Virus record (IMG/VR): IMGVR_UViG_3300042453_001086
Span: 32,001 to 96,000 of that record
Reading direction: 5' to 3' (one strand)
Source: a virus
Length of the DNA: 64,000 nucleotides
In this document: positions 48,601-61,400 of the stretch, piece by piece
Layout: every line of letters begins with the position of its first letter
Position numbering within the stretch: the first letter of the stretch is position 1
Made by a program: the position numbers and the translations under genes
The notes under the pieces: generated by a model
The model's database searches: none
Told to the model about the DNA's origin: nothing
Seen by the model: the letters and a program-made list of their open reading frames with translations, nothing else

Positions 48601-51600
48601 TCTAATCCAATAACTTCCTTTACATAATACGTTTGAAGGTCAGTTAAACCACCGATTGTAGTATTGCCACCATCATCATAAACAAGTTCTGTGCCAGGTA
48701 CTAGACCGTGGTTTGCCTTGAAGATAGTGTCAGCAGTTGGGTTGGTAACAGTCTTAGTGAAGACATGGGCAGAACCAGTACCAAAACTCTCAAGGTCTAA
48801 ACGATTACCTACAGAAGTTGTTTTGAGACCAAACTTAGTTGGCGAACTTAAGTCAATATAGTAACCCTTAGTTACAGAACCAAATGCAGATCCAGTTCCA
48901 GGATTTGCGGTTGATGTAACAGTAAACTGAGTACTTCCGTTAGTCGTAGCAATCGTCCAGCTTCCATTGTATGCAGATGGTGTTACACCACTGATAACAA
49001 CACCTTCTCCAACAGACCACGATGAAGAGTTAGTTGTTACTGTAAAGTTGGATGCGGTTGAAGTGATGGCAGTAATAGTAACAGCAGAGTTTTGGGTTAT
49101 GCCAGCAATAGATGTTCCGCCACCATTTGAATATGTAACAATATCATTGTCAGCAAATCCATGTGCGCTTGAGAAGTTGATTAGGTTTCTTGCTGCATAT
49201 TCTTGGTAAGGAACGAATGCATGAATACCACTTGTTTGTGAGAAACTATGTGTAAATGATTGAGTGCCGTAATCAGTTAAGTTGATTCTAACTCCACTAG
49301 AAGTTAGAGATAATCCAAATCTGTTTGCATCATAACGTCTTACGAAGTACTTCGTATTTGTTGTGAGACCAGTGATAGCAGTGTTTCCATTAGAATCATA
49401 ATTTACCTCATCGTTATCATTATATCCGTGGTTTGCTTGATAGATAGTCCAAGCAGTTTCTAGTGAACGATAAGGAACGAGTAGATGAATCTGACCACCC
49501 GCAGCAAATGTATATCCAGCACTGAATGTGAATGCCGTACCACCTCTTGTTGTAGCAAGAGTCATTTGAGTGGCAGCAGGATAAGACCTTGAGAAGAATG
49601 TAGTTCCTAGATTAGTATTTACTGCCGTGATAACACCACTGGTTGTTGCGTTAGCTGCTGTGTTTAAGGTATAAGTACCAGCACCACCAGCACCAGTTCC
49701 AAAAGCAATAATAAATGCACCAGCAGGAATACCAGGACCAGAAACGGCAGAACCGATTTCTAGTGCTCCACTGATTGCAGTTGGAGATCCGCTAACAGTA
49801 ATACTAGCACTTCCATTTGTTGTGCTGACTGATCCAATAAATGTAGTTGCATGTGCGCCGCTGCTATACCATTGAGCAGTGTTTGCTTCAGCACCTTGTA
49901 ATACGTTACCAGTGGATGAGAGGTTGGCTAATGCTGGACCTTTGTAATAAACAAACTTTTGATCGGTATTTCCGCTGATTGCGAATCCTCTACCAGCGTC
50001 ACTGTTGTTAACATCAGTTGCTTGCATAGTGATGGTGGCAACACCATTCGTAACAGAGTTGATACACATACCAGCAACAAGTAGGAATCCAGGTCCACTC
50101 AAACCAGATAAAGTTAGTGCAGTAGTTCCGTTTTGAACTAATGTGAGAGCAGGAGCTGCTGGTGTAGCACTGGCAACGCCTGTAGTTCTAATAGCGTATG
50201 CTCTACCATTCGTAAGAGCAGCTGGTAGTGTAGTACCAGGAAGAGCAATAAGTGCTACACCAGTCTGGTCCGTGAATACTGTAGTGTTAGCACCAAAGTT
50301 AATAAAGTTACCTGAAATCATGTTAGGTGTCACCAGGGCAATACCGCTGTTTGATGCACCATGTAAAGTTCCCTTACGAGAAGTGGCGTTTAAAATATTG
50401 ACACCTAAAGAATCTGGTGAATACTGTAAGTTGCCAGTAATAGTTGTTGCAGTAGAAACAGTTTGCGAAGCACTAACTGTGTATGTTCCAGTTCCGCCAG
50501 TGCCAGTTCCAAAAGCAGTGATTCTAGTTCCAGCAGTTACACCAGTACCAGAAATGACACTACCAATCTCTAAACGACCATCTGTAACAGCAGAGATTGT
50601 TAGTGTTGTTGTGGCGATAGTACCAGTACCACTGAAAGCACTAGCCTCTTTTCTTAATGGACTGATTGCTAGAAGTGGACCTTCGGTTACATTATAGTTT
50701 CCAGTTGAAGTTGAGTTGATGGTCCAATCTGCAGAAGCACCACCAGTAACAAAATATGTACTGGTTAAGTTTGCCGAATCAGCAGTATACCAGTCTGCAA
50801 TAGTGCCAACAGCATCAGCAGGACCAGTAGTGCCAGCAGAAGACTGTTGAATCAAAGCAGGGCTTTGATCTCCTCTGTAGTAAACAAATCTCTGTGAACT
50901 AGCCCAACCAGGATTCTCAAAGAACTTGATTTGGTCGTTGCTATAGTTAATGCTTCTTACGCCATGCGCTCTAACAATAGCGAACTGACCGCTACCAGTG
51001 CTGGTGATATCTACAGGAGTTGTTGAACTCCAGTATCTTGTTAGATAGAAGGTATTGACATCAATAGTTCTAAGAACATATGCACGACCACCTGTTACAC
51101 CACCAGGCATTGTAGAACCAGCAGCAGGGAAAATAACTACTGCTTGGTTATCAGAGAATCCATGTGAGCTTAGCGTAATGTTATTTGTTGCTGCATCAAC
51201 AGCATCGCTTGTGAATGCTTTAGTATTAGAAATACCAGATGCACCTTGCTTGTCCCAGATAGTTACGTTGTAAGAATCTAGTGTTCCTACGGACTGAGTT
51301 CCTGTTGGATTGACGGTTGCAGTTGATGTGATTGTATCTGCAGTATCAACTAGAGTTGCATCAAATGAAATATTGCTCAGAGCAATAGTATTTGTCAAAT
51401 AGAAAGCAGCTCCATTAACAAACCCTGATGGATATGGAGTTTCAATCGTAATGGTTGATGGGTTGGCAGCATTAGTTGTGATTGTCTTATACTGAACTTG
51501 CGAACCCTGATAAAACTGTCCAGGAGTAATGGTTGTGTAAGATCCAAAAACAGAACCAGTAAATGTTGCTTTCTCTCTGGCAACAAAAGTAAAACGATCT

Positions 51601-52193
51601 GTGTCTAGTACGTTTTTGATAATGTAGCTACCCTCTAGTGTAGTTACACTAAGACCACGAACGTCAATAGGTGTACCTACTGAAAGTCCGTGTGAAGGAG
51701 CTGTTACGATAATAGTATCGTTGTCATTAGTTACAGCAACTTCAGTTACTACTAGAGGACTATCACCACTTCTACTGAAGAACGATGGAATGTTGTTTAA
51801 CATTTCCAGCGTTTCCCACTTGGTTGACTGAAGACCATATTCAAAGTCTGTGTCAATCAGAGTCTGTGCTTCGGAGATTCTGAACTTTGATACGGGGTCA
51901 GTATACGCTTCATCTGGTTCAAAAGCAACAGCATCTTCTTCGTAAAAGATTTGTAGAGTATCAGTAGCACTCATGCCACTGCAATCTTTTACAAGAGTAA
52001 TAGTTGTCTCTTCGGTATCTGTGTCGAAATCAAATGATGTTGCACCTAGAGTTGGTTCAGCAAAGTTATAGATAATAATATTTTCAGTTACATTAGTAAT
52101 AAGAAGAAGTCTTCTTCTACGAATGTTGCCCTCAATAGTTACTTGATTGGTTGAGGGAGAAAATGTGGATTTGAAAACTAATCGTTTTGCCAT
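45618..52193 (-). CDS. Very large repeat-containing virion structural protein
   Basis: 2191 aa; recurring H-G-F..G..V.Y..GG...I.GLT....Y......D.F.L modules; TASG/G-rich. Confidence 0.78.
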   Translation of the reverse strand: MAKRLVFKSTFSPSTNQVTIEGNIRRRRLLLITNVTENIIIYNFAEPTLGATSFDFDTDTEETTITLVKDCSGMSATDTLQIFYEEDAVAFEPDEAYTDPVSKFRISEAQTLIDTDFEYGLQSTKWETLEMLNNIPSFFSRSGDSPLVVTEVAVTNDNDTIIVTAPSHGLSVGTPIDVRGLSVTTLEGSYIIKNVLDTDRFTFVAREKATFTGSVFGSYTTITPGQFYQGSQVQYKTITTNAANPSTITIETPYPSGFVNGAAFYLTNTIALSNISFDATLVDTADTITSTATVNPTGTQSVGTLDSYNVTIWDKQGASGISNTKAFTSDAVDAATNNITLSSHGFSDNQAVVIFPAAGSTMPGGVTGGRAYVLRTIDVNTFYLTRYWSSTTPVDITSTGSGQFAIVRAHGVRSINYSNDQIKFFENPGWASSQRFVYYRGDQSPALIQQSSAGTTGPADAVGTIADWYTADSANLTSTYFVTGGASADWTINSTSTGNYNVTEGPLLAISPLRKEASAFSGTGTIATTTLTISAVTDGRLEIGSVISGTGVTAGTRITAFGTGTGGTGTYTVSASQTVSTATTITGNLQYSPDSLGVNILNATSRKGTLHGASNSGIALVTPNMISGNFINFGANTTVFTDQTGVALIALPGTTLPAALTNGRAYAIRTTGVASATPAAPALTLVQNGTTALTLSGLSGPGFLLVAGMCINSVTNGVATITMQATDVNNSDAGRGFAISGNTDQKFVYYKGPALANLSSTGNVLQGAEANTAQWYSSGAHATTFIGSVSTTNGSASITVSGSPTAISGALEIGSAVSGPGIPAGAFIIAFGTGAGGAGTYTLNTAANATTSGVITAVNTNLGTTFFSRSYPAATQMTLATTRGGTAFTFSAGYTFAAGGQIHLLVPYRSLETAWTIYQANHGYNDNDEVNYDSNGNTAITGLTTNTKYFVRRYDANRFGLSLTSSGVRINLTDYGTQSFTHSFSQTSGIHAFVPYQEYAARNLINFSSAHGFADNDIVTYSNGGGTSIAGITQNSAVTITAITSTASNFTVTTNSSSWSVGEGVVISGVTPSAYNGSWTIATTNGSTQFTVTSTANPGTGSAFGSVTKGYYIDLSSPTKFGLKTTSVGNRLDLESFGTGSAHVFTKTVTNPTADTIFKANHGLVPGTELVYDDGGNTTIGGLTDLQTYYVKEVIGLDRFTVAASSNGTRINLTSAGTGTQSLNIQTAGSFDGAYTVTNVASPTQYTFDVSAQIPKIQRSLNPTTQLNTTTDVFTITNHRFASGTSVEYSNNGNTSLGNLTNNATYFIIRLDKDTFKLADSYENALGGSARDITSIGTGTSHIFTSSSVVGEVAGTGTVAISSGLTTVTGTNTTFLSTFRVGDTIIINLGTGSVLASEIIAIKSNTSLTIADAAASTTSGLTYLIPSGLYVRPGAFSLHRPFDGGVEINAGYGADSQIIRQTRRYFRYQSGKGLACQFAINFNPSIEIQSITASGNVATVTTLLPHGLVANKTFTVAEAEVSSGVNYYNGTFPVQSVPSQTTFTYVMDGEPSDTSANGFPKLQIRNWNGSAIRCGMFDMQNGMFWEYDGTTLYAVRRNSTQQVAGTINATNNSPVISGQGTRFLEQLSAGDYVAIRGQSYKIVNIASNSTMYVSPSYKGVTTTRAVITKTIDIKVPQHEFSIDKCDGTGPTGYVLNIGKIQMAYIDYSWYGAGKIRFGFKDQNGHVKYMHEFKHNNKEYEAYLRSGNLPARYEILNTGVPAFAPSLAHWGTTIQMDGKYDDDGSYLFTGSSSLLSFSGSSTTTTGTAGNYTYVNTDGSTTTAPTTSSSTSVIPTANVNVTTNRITITAHGFSNGTLLRYDSGGGAVIAPLVNGNYYYVVGSATNDFQLSNTLNGTAIDFTTQGNALQFFRFNFRYNVTLTSVPGYGNRIIHRFRTDASGFAAIGSVSFGTQIASTAINAVTAVAGGQARIYRVLNTGGGSADIDFFFTAAAASQTTNPPGTSGFIAATTSAALTHTVGTDTPIPSLIPMLSIRLAPSVDSGLIGDVGVRDIINRMQLALQTVGMLTTHDIEIRLILNGALSQYNWQNIGRPSLCQYISHVNDDTVTGGTTVFTFRASGGSTESSGKKLSNVFNQAIDNLLSLGNSILGGDGVFPDGPDVLTVAVAPLNTSGITVNSPLSLSSRITWSESQA

Positions 52194-52222
52194 TTTTTAT
52201 ATCTCTGAATATTTTTTACTGA

Positions 52223-52411
52223 TTAACCACCTAGGGCGATTGATAGGGCAAGTGAGGTACTCTGTTTTGCTACTTCAAACCCACCTTGAGTTGCTCCATC
52301 GTGCATGATTACTGTATTCTTATCAGTGTCAAATGTGATTTCCGCTTCGGCTCCAGTAAAAGCAGCGTGCTCAGCGGTAGTTCCTCTTCTGAGTTTGACT
52401 CTGGTAGTCAT
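52223..52411 (-). CDS. 62-aa protein consisting of an Mtd-like N-terminal domain plus a hydrophobic tail
   Basis: VKLRRGTTAEHAAFTGAEAEITFDTDKNTVIMHDGATQGG...SLALSIALGG; TATAAATA late promoter at 52449..52442. Confidence 0.75.
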   Translation of the reverse strand: MTTRVKLRRGTTAEHAAFTGAEAEITFDTDKNTVIMHDGATQGGFEVAKQSTSLALSIALGG

Positions 52412-52452
52412 AGAGATACCTATCCTAGTGCTTTCTTTTCTTATTTATAAGA

Positions 52453-55400
52453 TTAGATAATGGAGACATATGTTCTTCCTGGACGATATGGATTGTTAAC
52501 AGTATTTGCATTACCAGTAACGACAAATATATTTGTGTCTTCTTCTGGATTTCTACTTATAGATTCTGCAGCACCACTAAATGCAAGAACAGATCCAGAT
52601 CCAATAACAATATTGGATTTAATTGTAACTGCTGCACCAGAAATAGTTGTGAAGATATCACTTTCAGCAACATTTGTAGTTGTTTCTGCCGCTTCGCCAA
52701 ATCCAAACAGGGAACCAGAAGCAGAAAACACAATGGTGTGTGATTCTGATGAGAATACATCTACCGTTGCTGTTCCTTTTCCTCGGTAAGATCCAGGAAT
52801 AAACTCCTCAACGGAGAAACCAGTGATTACTGCAGTAACATCTCCATTGAATACTCTAGATCTTGTGTCATCAGAGTAACCACTAACTGTAATGAATACA
52901 GTAGTATCAATCACTACAGTCGCGGTAACAGCACCACTTCCAACATTGTAAAGTGAACCAGAACCCTCGTAGGATTCTGTATTCTTCTCGGTTGCAGCAC
53001 CAGTGAATGTGTAAAGAACTGTATCTTCTGGTGGGTTGACACCGAACGCCTCGGCAGCACCACTTATAGCAAATAGCGAGCCAGATGCTACATAAGATTC
53101 TGTATTGCTCTGGTCTGCAGTGCCAGTGATGGTTGCTGTTCCAGTTCCGTTGTATGCCTCGGTGTTTCTCTCAACAGAGAATACATCAACAGAGATGTCA
53201 CATAGACCGACATAAGACTCGGTGTTCTTCTCGGTAGCTGCTCCACTGTATGTGAAGAGTTGAATGTTTTCTGGTGGATTTGCACCGAATGCTTCCGCTG
53301 CACCACTGAAGTTGGAGATAGAACCAGAACCGTTATATACATTTGTTTTAGTCGATTCAGAATCAACGTTAATATGAATATATCCTTCTGGATAATATTT
53401 TTCGGTATTTTTCTCTGTAGCAACACCAGAAAGATTAAAGAGTTGAATGTTCTCTGGTGGATTTGTGCCAAATGCCTCTGCTGCACCAGATGCTGTAGAT
53501 ATAGATCCAGTGCCAACATAAGATTTAAATATTGGTGCATATGCATCGCCAAATACTGTTAAAGATCCACTAGAATCATATGCTTCTGTATTTCTCTCAA
53601 CTGCTTCTCCACTGATAGTAAAGAGTTGTGTTGTTTCTCCGCCTTGAGATGTGAAGGATTCTGTGGCAGATCCAACGAACGTGAAGAGAACTGTATCCTC
53701 TGTTGGTTGAACAGTGAAGGACTCTGCAGCACCGTTGTAGTTGAAGAGTTGACCAGTACCAACATAGGACTCGGTATTCTTCTCAACTGCACTGCCAGTA
53801 ACAAACTCTGTGCCAGTGCCGACTTCTTTGTATGTATTGAGAACAACAGAAGATCCAACAAACGTAAATAGTGCAATATCTTCTGGTGGATTTGCACCAA
53901 ATGCTTCTGCTGCTCCAGTGTATGTAAATAGTTGACCAGAACCAACATAAACAGGCGAGAAGCTTTCAAGTCCAACACCAGAAGCAGTGAGAGTTCCTGT
54001 GCCATTGTATGCTTCAGTGTTCTTCTCAACTGCCGTGCCACTGAGAGTTGCAGTGCCAGTAGCAAAGTGTGCTTCAGTATTTCTCTCAACTGCTGCACCG
54101 CTGATAATGAAGAGATGAGTATTCTCTGGTGGTTGAGCAACGAATGCTTCAGCAGCAGAGCTAGAGAATGTGAAGAGAACTGTATTCTCTGGGGTCTGAG
54201 CAGAGAATGCCTCTGCTGCACCAGATAGAGCAGTGATTAATCCAGTTCCAATATAGGACTCTGTGTTCTTCTCTACTGCTGTGCCGCTGAGTGTCTCTGT
54301 ACCAGTGCCGACATATGCCTCTGTATTTCTTTCTGTAGCAGCACCAGAGTAAACAAATAGATGAGTATTCTCTGGTGGATTGACACCGAATGCTTCGGCA
54401 GCACCAGATAGAGTTGAAACAGAACCAGTACCGATGTAAACTTCGGTGTTCTTCTCCACGCCAACACCAGAAGCAGTGGTAGTTCCAGTACCAACATATG
54501 CTTCGGTATTTCTTTCCTTGGCAGTACCAGATAGTGTCTCTGTTCCAGTACCAACCCAAGATTCTGTATTCTTCTCTGTTGCTGTGCCAGCGAATGTGTA
54601 TAGTAGAGTATCTTCGTCTGGGTTGATTGTTCTGCTTTCTGCAGCACCATTGAATGTGAAGAGTTCGCCAGATCCAGTGAATGTCTCTGTGTTCTTCTCA
54701 ATGGCAACACCAGAAGCAGTGGTAGAACCAGTACCAACATATGCTTCTGTATTTCTCTCAACATGAGATACGGAGATTGTGTATGTTCCTTGACCGTCTG
54801 TTTCAAATCTGTAGAGATAGATAACTCTAGTTTCTGCGACACCAGAAGAGACGAAGAGGTGTGTATTTTCTGGTGGATTGACAGTGAAAGATTCTGCCGC
54901 ACCAGAAACAGTGGATAAGGAACCAGATCCAACAAACGCTTCCGTATTCTTCTCTACACAGACACCGCTTGCAGTTGTGGATCCTGTGCCAACGTAGGAC
55001 TCGGTGTTCTTCTCTACCGCAGCTCCAGTGTAGGTGAATAGTGTAATATCTTCTGGTGGGTTGGCACCAAATGCTTCAGCAGCACCAGAGATTGTAGAAA
55101 CAACACCAGTACCGATGTAAACTTCGGTGGTATTGTAAATACCAGCACCACTTAAAGTCTCTGTGCCAGAACCAACGAATGCTTCGGTGTTCTTTTCAAC
55201 TGCTGTTCCAGTAATAGATTCAGTTCCAACACCAACATAAGACTCAGTGTTCTTCTCTGTAGCAGCTCCAGTGTAAGTGAATAGTTGAGTGTTCTCTGGT
55301 GGATTAGCACCAAATGCTTCCACTGCGCCAGACAGAACAGAGAAGGTGCCAGTTCCAACGTAGGACTCGGTGTTCTTCTCTGCGCCAACACCGCTGAGTG

Positions 55401-58400
55401 TCTCTGTTCCTGTGCCAGCAAATGCTTCAGTGTTCTTCTCTGTGGAGAATACATCAATCGTAAAGATTGGATTATCACCAACATAATCTTCGGTATTTCT
55501 CTCAACCGCTGCTCCACTGAGAGTGGTTGTGCCAGATGCAGATGCTGTGTAGACTGCAATCTCTCTAGTATTGCCAACGCCAGATACAGAGAAGAGTTGA
55601 GTGTTTTCTGGGGGATTAGCGCCGAATACTTCAGCAGATCCAGATGCGGTGAATAGGTTACCAGAACCGTTGAAGCTTTCTGTGTTTCTTTCGGTTGAGA
55701 ATACATCAATAGAAGTGCTGCCAGTACCAATGTATCTTTCTGTGTTGCTTTCAACTGCAGAACCACCGAAAGTAAACTGACCTGTCGCACCAATAATAGT
55801 TTCTTCGTAACGAATATATCCATAATCAAATATGCCGCTAGTTGGTGGTAGAGCGACAGATCCATAATCAATGTCAATAGATGGAATCTCAGTAACAAAC
55901 TCATAATCAACTTCATTAAATCCGATAACAACATCAATATTGTAAACATAAGTTACAGACTCAGCAGCACCACTAAATCCGAATAGAGATCCAGTACCGA
56001 CATAAGATTCTGTGTTTGTAACTACAGCAGAACCAGATGTGGTTGTTGTGCCAGTTCCATTGAAGGCGTTGACTTCCTTATAAGAAGCAGCACCAGATGT
56101 GAAGAATGTAATATAATCAGTATATGGGAAGTAACCAATGAAGAAGATTGATCCACTGATGCTAACGAGAACACCAGATCCAACGAAGGACTTGACGAGA
56201 TCTTCGTCACCTTCACCTGTGAGAGTTTGAGATCCAGTACCGACCCAGGACTCAGTGTGCTTGATGTCAGAAGCAGCACCAGTGTATGTGAATAGCTGTG
56301 TATTCTCTGGTGGGTTGACTCCAAAGACTTCTGCAGCACCAGATGTTGCAAATAGAGAACCAGAAGCAATCTCTCTGGGAGTTGAGCGAACAATAGAAGT
56401 TGGAATAATCTCAATGTAGTTTCTTACTGTAGTGCCGTTATCAATAAACTCACTGGCAATAGAAGAAATCAGACCATAATCTTCTGTGGATGTTGTAGCA
56501 TCCTTAATAAGATTTCTATACTCATTGACAACTTCGACAGTTTCAACTGTGTAATCGTAAGTTCTTCTCTCTTCAGAATCAATAAATGTGAATGCGTTAC
56601 CAGAACCAACATAAGATTCGGTATTCTTTTCAGTAGATTCGACATCAATATTGATTGTTCCATTACCGATCCAGTTTGGAACGAAACGCATTGTGTGTGT
56701 AACGTCAATCTCAGTTGTTCCTGCGCCAATATAAGACTCTGTGTTCTTCTCGGTAGCAACACCTGAGTAGACAAAGAGTTGTGTGGATTCTGGTGGATTT
56801 GCACCAAATACTTCAGCAGCACCAAATGCAGTGAATAGAGATCCAGTGCCAATCTCAGATACAGAAGTTACATCAACAGCAACACCAGTTACGGAAATAT
56901 TTTGTGTATTCTCTGGTGGATTGAATCCAGCAGACTCGATAGCAACACCAGAGAATGTAAACTGAGCAAAGTCTTCTGGTGGGTTTGCTCTGAACTTCTC
57001 TGTTGCTGTTCCGCTTGTTTGGAATAGCTGAATATTTTCTGGTGGGTTCGCACCAAATACTTCAGCAGCACCAGATGATGTAAATAGATTACCAGATCCG
57101 ATTTCAGCAACGGATACAGGTACTGTACCAGTGCCACTGATAGTGATTGTGCCATCCTTGCTGACCCAACGTGGAATCTCGCGTACCTTGCCAAAACCAC
57201 TGATAGTAATAGTACCAGAAGCAGTATATAATCCTTCTCCAAAAGATTCTGAGGCAGTTCCTCTTAGGAATAAGAAATCAAAGTCTACTGCACCATATGA
57301 TTCAGTTTGTGTGAATGCTATGTCAACAGTGCCATAATCTTCGGAAGAAGTAATGGCATCAGTAATCAATCCATAATCATCTACACTTAGTAGATTGGAT
57401 TGAGATACAGTGTAGTCATACGTTCTACTTTCAATCTTATCAACAATCTCAAATAGAGTTCCAGTACCAACATAAGATTCAGTATTCCTTTCAACTGCAG
57501 ATCCACTGAGAGTAAAGAGCTGAGTATCTTCGCCACCTTGAGTAGTAAACTTCTCTACCGCAACACCAGAGAATATAAACTGTGCAAAATCTTCTGGTGG
57601 GTTCGCTCTGAACTTCTCAACTGCATTGCCACTAGTAGCGAAGAGTTGGATATTTTCTGGTGGGTTGGCACCAGTAGATTCTGCTGCACCAGAAGCATTG
57701 AAGAGATTGCCAACACCAATATAATCTTCGGTGTTCTTCTCAACTGCACTACCAGTAATAGATTCAGTTCCAACACCAACGTAAGATTCCGTATTCTTCT
57801 CAACAGCTGCGCCCGAGATAACAAAGATCTGAGTATTCTCTGGGGTATTTGGAGAGAATGCTTCAATCGCAGCACCACTTAGGTTGATTGAACCGAATGG
57901 TAGTACAGATTCGGTGAAGATTACTGTGCCATAATCTACTTCGCCACCAGAGAATGCACCAGCAACAGTACCATAATCAATCTCTATAAATGCGGCAGCA
58001 CTGATAGAACCATAATCAACATCTAGGAACGGTACTACGTCGTTTAGATCATAGACATAGGTTCTGCTTTCATCCGAATCAATGAACTCAAATAGAGTAC
58101 CTGTGCCAACATAGGATTCGGTGTGCTTCTCAACCGATGTAATATCAATATTGATAGTACCCGAACCATTCCATTTTGGATTGACCTTGACTATAGCAGC
58201 ACCAGATACTTGGAATAGTTGTGTATTCTCTGGTGGGTTTGCACCAAACGCTTCTGCAGAACCATTGGTTGTGAAAGCGAAACCAAATCCAACATATGCT
58301 GGTATGAGTTTTCTGAGTTCTGAGAATACATCTAATGTTGCCTGACCAGTACCAACATAAGACTCAGTATTCTTCTCTACGCCACTGCCAGTATATGTAA

Positions 58401-61400
58401 AGGTTACTGTCTGTTCTGGTGTTTGAGCAACAAACTTCTCAACCGCAGTACCATTAGTATCAAATAGTTGTGTATCTTCTGGTGTCTGAGCGGATAGTTT
58501 TTCTATCGCATAACCATAGAGTTTGAGGTAATCTCTTACTACGCTACCAGCAGTCTCAAACTCAGTAGCAGCAGACGTGATCAATCCGAAGTCTTCTGTA
58601 GATCCAGCAGACTCTCTGAGATCACCATAATCAGAGAGAACATGAATAGATGCTTGAGCAACTGTGTAAGACTCAGTGTTCTTCTCAACCTTAGTAACAT
58701 CAATAGAAGTGCTACCAGTACCAACGTAGTCTTCTGTATTCTTCTCTACACCAGCACCAGAGAATGTGAAGAGTTGAGTTGTCTCACCGCCTTGTGTAGT
58801 GAACTTAATAATATGACTACCAGAAAGAGTAAACTGAGCAAAGTCTTCTGGTGGATTTGCTCTGAACTTCTCTGTTGCTGTTCCGCTAATGTCATATAGC
58901 GAGAAGTCTTCGGACGGATTAGCACCAAATGCTTCAGCTGCACCAGAAGTGTTGAAGAGGTTACCAGTACCTACATAAGATTCTGTATTCTTCTCTACAG
59001 CAGATCCAGTGAGATTTACAGAACCAACACCAATGATGCTTACCGCAAGAGGTAGAACAACAGCACCACTTAATGTGATTGTTCCGCCATTATCAACGAT
59101 GTTCTTGCTGAATAGTTCAACAGCAAAACCAGAAGTCGTCCACAATCCATAAGGGACTACTTCATTATTAAATGTGATTATACCATAATCTTGTTCGCCA
59201 CCTGTATTAGGAGCACTTACGCTACCAAGATCAATATCATTTGTTGGAGATTGAGTGACACTACCATAATCAAACTCAAAGAATGGAACAAACGAATCAA
59301 AGCTGTAGCGATAAGTTACAGACTCTGCAGCACCAGAGAACGAAGAGAATGTGCCATCACCAATATAAACCTCAGTGTTCTTCTCAACCGCTGCTCCAGT
59401 GAACTGGAATATTTGAGTGTCTTCTGGCGTCTGAGCAACAAAGGATTCGGTGGCAGCACCAGAGAATGTGAAGAGCGAGAAGTCTTCTGGTGTCTGAGCA
59501 ATAAACTTCTCAACTGCAGATCCAGCAATATCATAGTAATCGCTAGTGAGATAACGATAATCTATATTAGTTGCAGACTGCGTGATGAGACCATAATCTT
59601 CAGACTCTGTTACTGCCGTCAGATCGCCGTAGGAAGCGAATAGATCGGTGACATCAGATAGTTCCGCTACATACGTTTCAGTGTTCTTCTCAACGCTTAT
59701 AACGTTGATTGAGGCGCTTCCAGTACCTACATAGTCCTCGGTGTTCTTCTCCACCGCAGCGCCGCTTAGAGCGAAGAGTTGCGTGGTTTCTCCAGCACCA
59801 CTGGTGAACTTCAGGTCAGTATATTCGCCAGCAAAAACAATACTTCTTGGTTGATTAGAAGTTAATCTGATCTCGGTAATGCCGTAGTTATCAAAACCAG
59901 TTCCACTTGAAGATGCTTGTAGTATTTTGAAAATAGTGGAAGATGTTTTAGCAGCACTTGGTATAGTTAATGATACATTTTTTAGTGTGTTAAAAGACGT
60001 ATCATTGTATGATACTATAGGACCAATAATAGTAAATGTAGTTCCGCCATTTATACTGTATTCTAATATTAAATTTTCTGATGATGTATCTGGATCTTCA
60101 CCGCCGTTATTATCGTTTCCTCTTATTGCACTGAATGAAATGCTGTCGTAAGTTGTAGTATCAAGGGGTGTTAATAGAAAACTTCTTGAACCTAATCCAT
60201 TGAATTTAATATGCCTACCAATATTAAATCCGCCATCATCACCAACTCCAGTGCCTGAGTTAGATATTGCTACATTAATAAAACTATTTGTATTAAGTTT
60301 ATTTGAATATGTGGATAAAGTTGTGGTAACAATACTATTACCTACATATGTGTCAGTATTCTTTTCTACTGCAGAACCAATATAAGAGAATATTTCAACA
60401 CTGCTTGGTATAACTGAACTAGTTGATTGCGATGCTCCAAATGCAGTGAAGAGACCACCAGTTCCTATATAAGATTCTGTATTTTTTTCAATATGAGTGA
60501 CATTAGTAGAAATAGATCCACTGCCAATAATAACAGCATTAACTGGAACAATACTAAAACCAGATATCGCAATCTGAGTTCCAGTAGTTATTGTTTTCTT
60601 ATTAAATGACTCTAATCCAGTACCATTTGTTTCGTAGAGACCAAATGGAGTTACTTCGGAATTATTTGTGATTAGACCATAATCTTTCTCTCCATCATTA
60701 TTCTGTTGAACTACAAATCCAAAATCAATATCTGGATTTATTGGAGAAGAAAGAGATCCATAATCTAATATATTAAATGGTAATGCGTTTTCAAAATCAT
60801 AACTTCTAACATGCACCTCCGAGGAGGTGATATCCAATCGCAGGGGACCAGAAGTTCCAACAGTAGAAAATGCTTTTTCTATTTCATTAGCAGATCCACC
60901 AATCTCAAATGGCGTTCCGCTGCCAACCCAATAAGACAATGATGTTGACGAAGAAGCGCCATAAAAATAAAATAATGTTGTTTCTGCATCTTCTTTTGTA
61001 ACAAACTTAACCAGTGCTTCATTTGAAGCGTAGGTATAAGCAGTTTCCATTGCAAGAACACTTTGGTTCTGTATGATTAGGTAACGATCTTCTCTGGTGG
61101 TTATGCCATCACCAGCTGTTAAAGTGCCATAATCTTCTGAACTATCTGGTGTTGTCGCTGTAAATGTAGTTACAACACCTAGATCTTCATTTGTTGCTGT
61201 GTCTCCTAACAGACCCCAATCCTGAGTTTCTGCAGATTGGGTGTCAATAGTTCCATATCTTTCTATTAATACAATATCACCATAATCTTCCGAAGTGTAG
61301 AGATTATCGGAAGTCGATGAGTATCTATATCTTTTTGGTTTCCAGTATGTTGCTGAACCATTTACAGTGGCAAAACCATAGGGAGTATCGTTTCCCTGAC

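Noticed and set aside
52194-52225. Readthrough fusion of the 62-aa Mtd-like gene to the 2191-aa gene
   Set aside because: The 29-nt gap puts them out of frame and no clear slippery site was seen.
43963-52411. Diversity-generating retroelement suggested by Mtd-like domains
   Set aside because: Only the N-terminal anchor domain resembles Mtd. No reverse transcriptase and no TR/VR pair differing at adenines were seen in the window.
52900-60500. CRISPR array
   Set aside because: The repeats are degenerate, in-frame and protein-coding, with no unique spacers and no cas genes.
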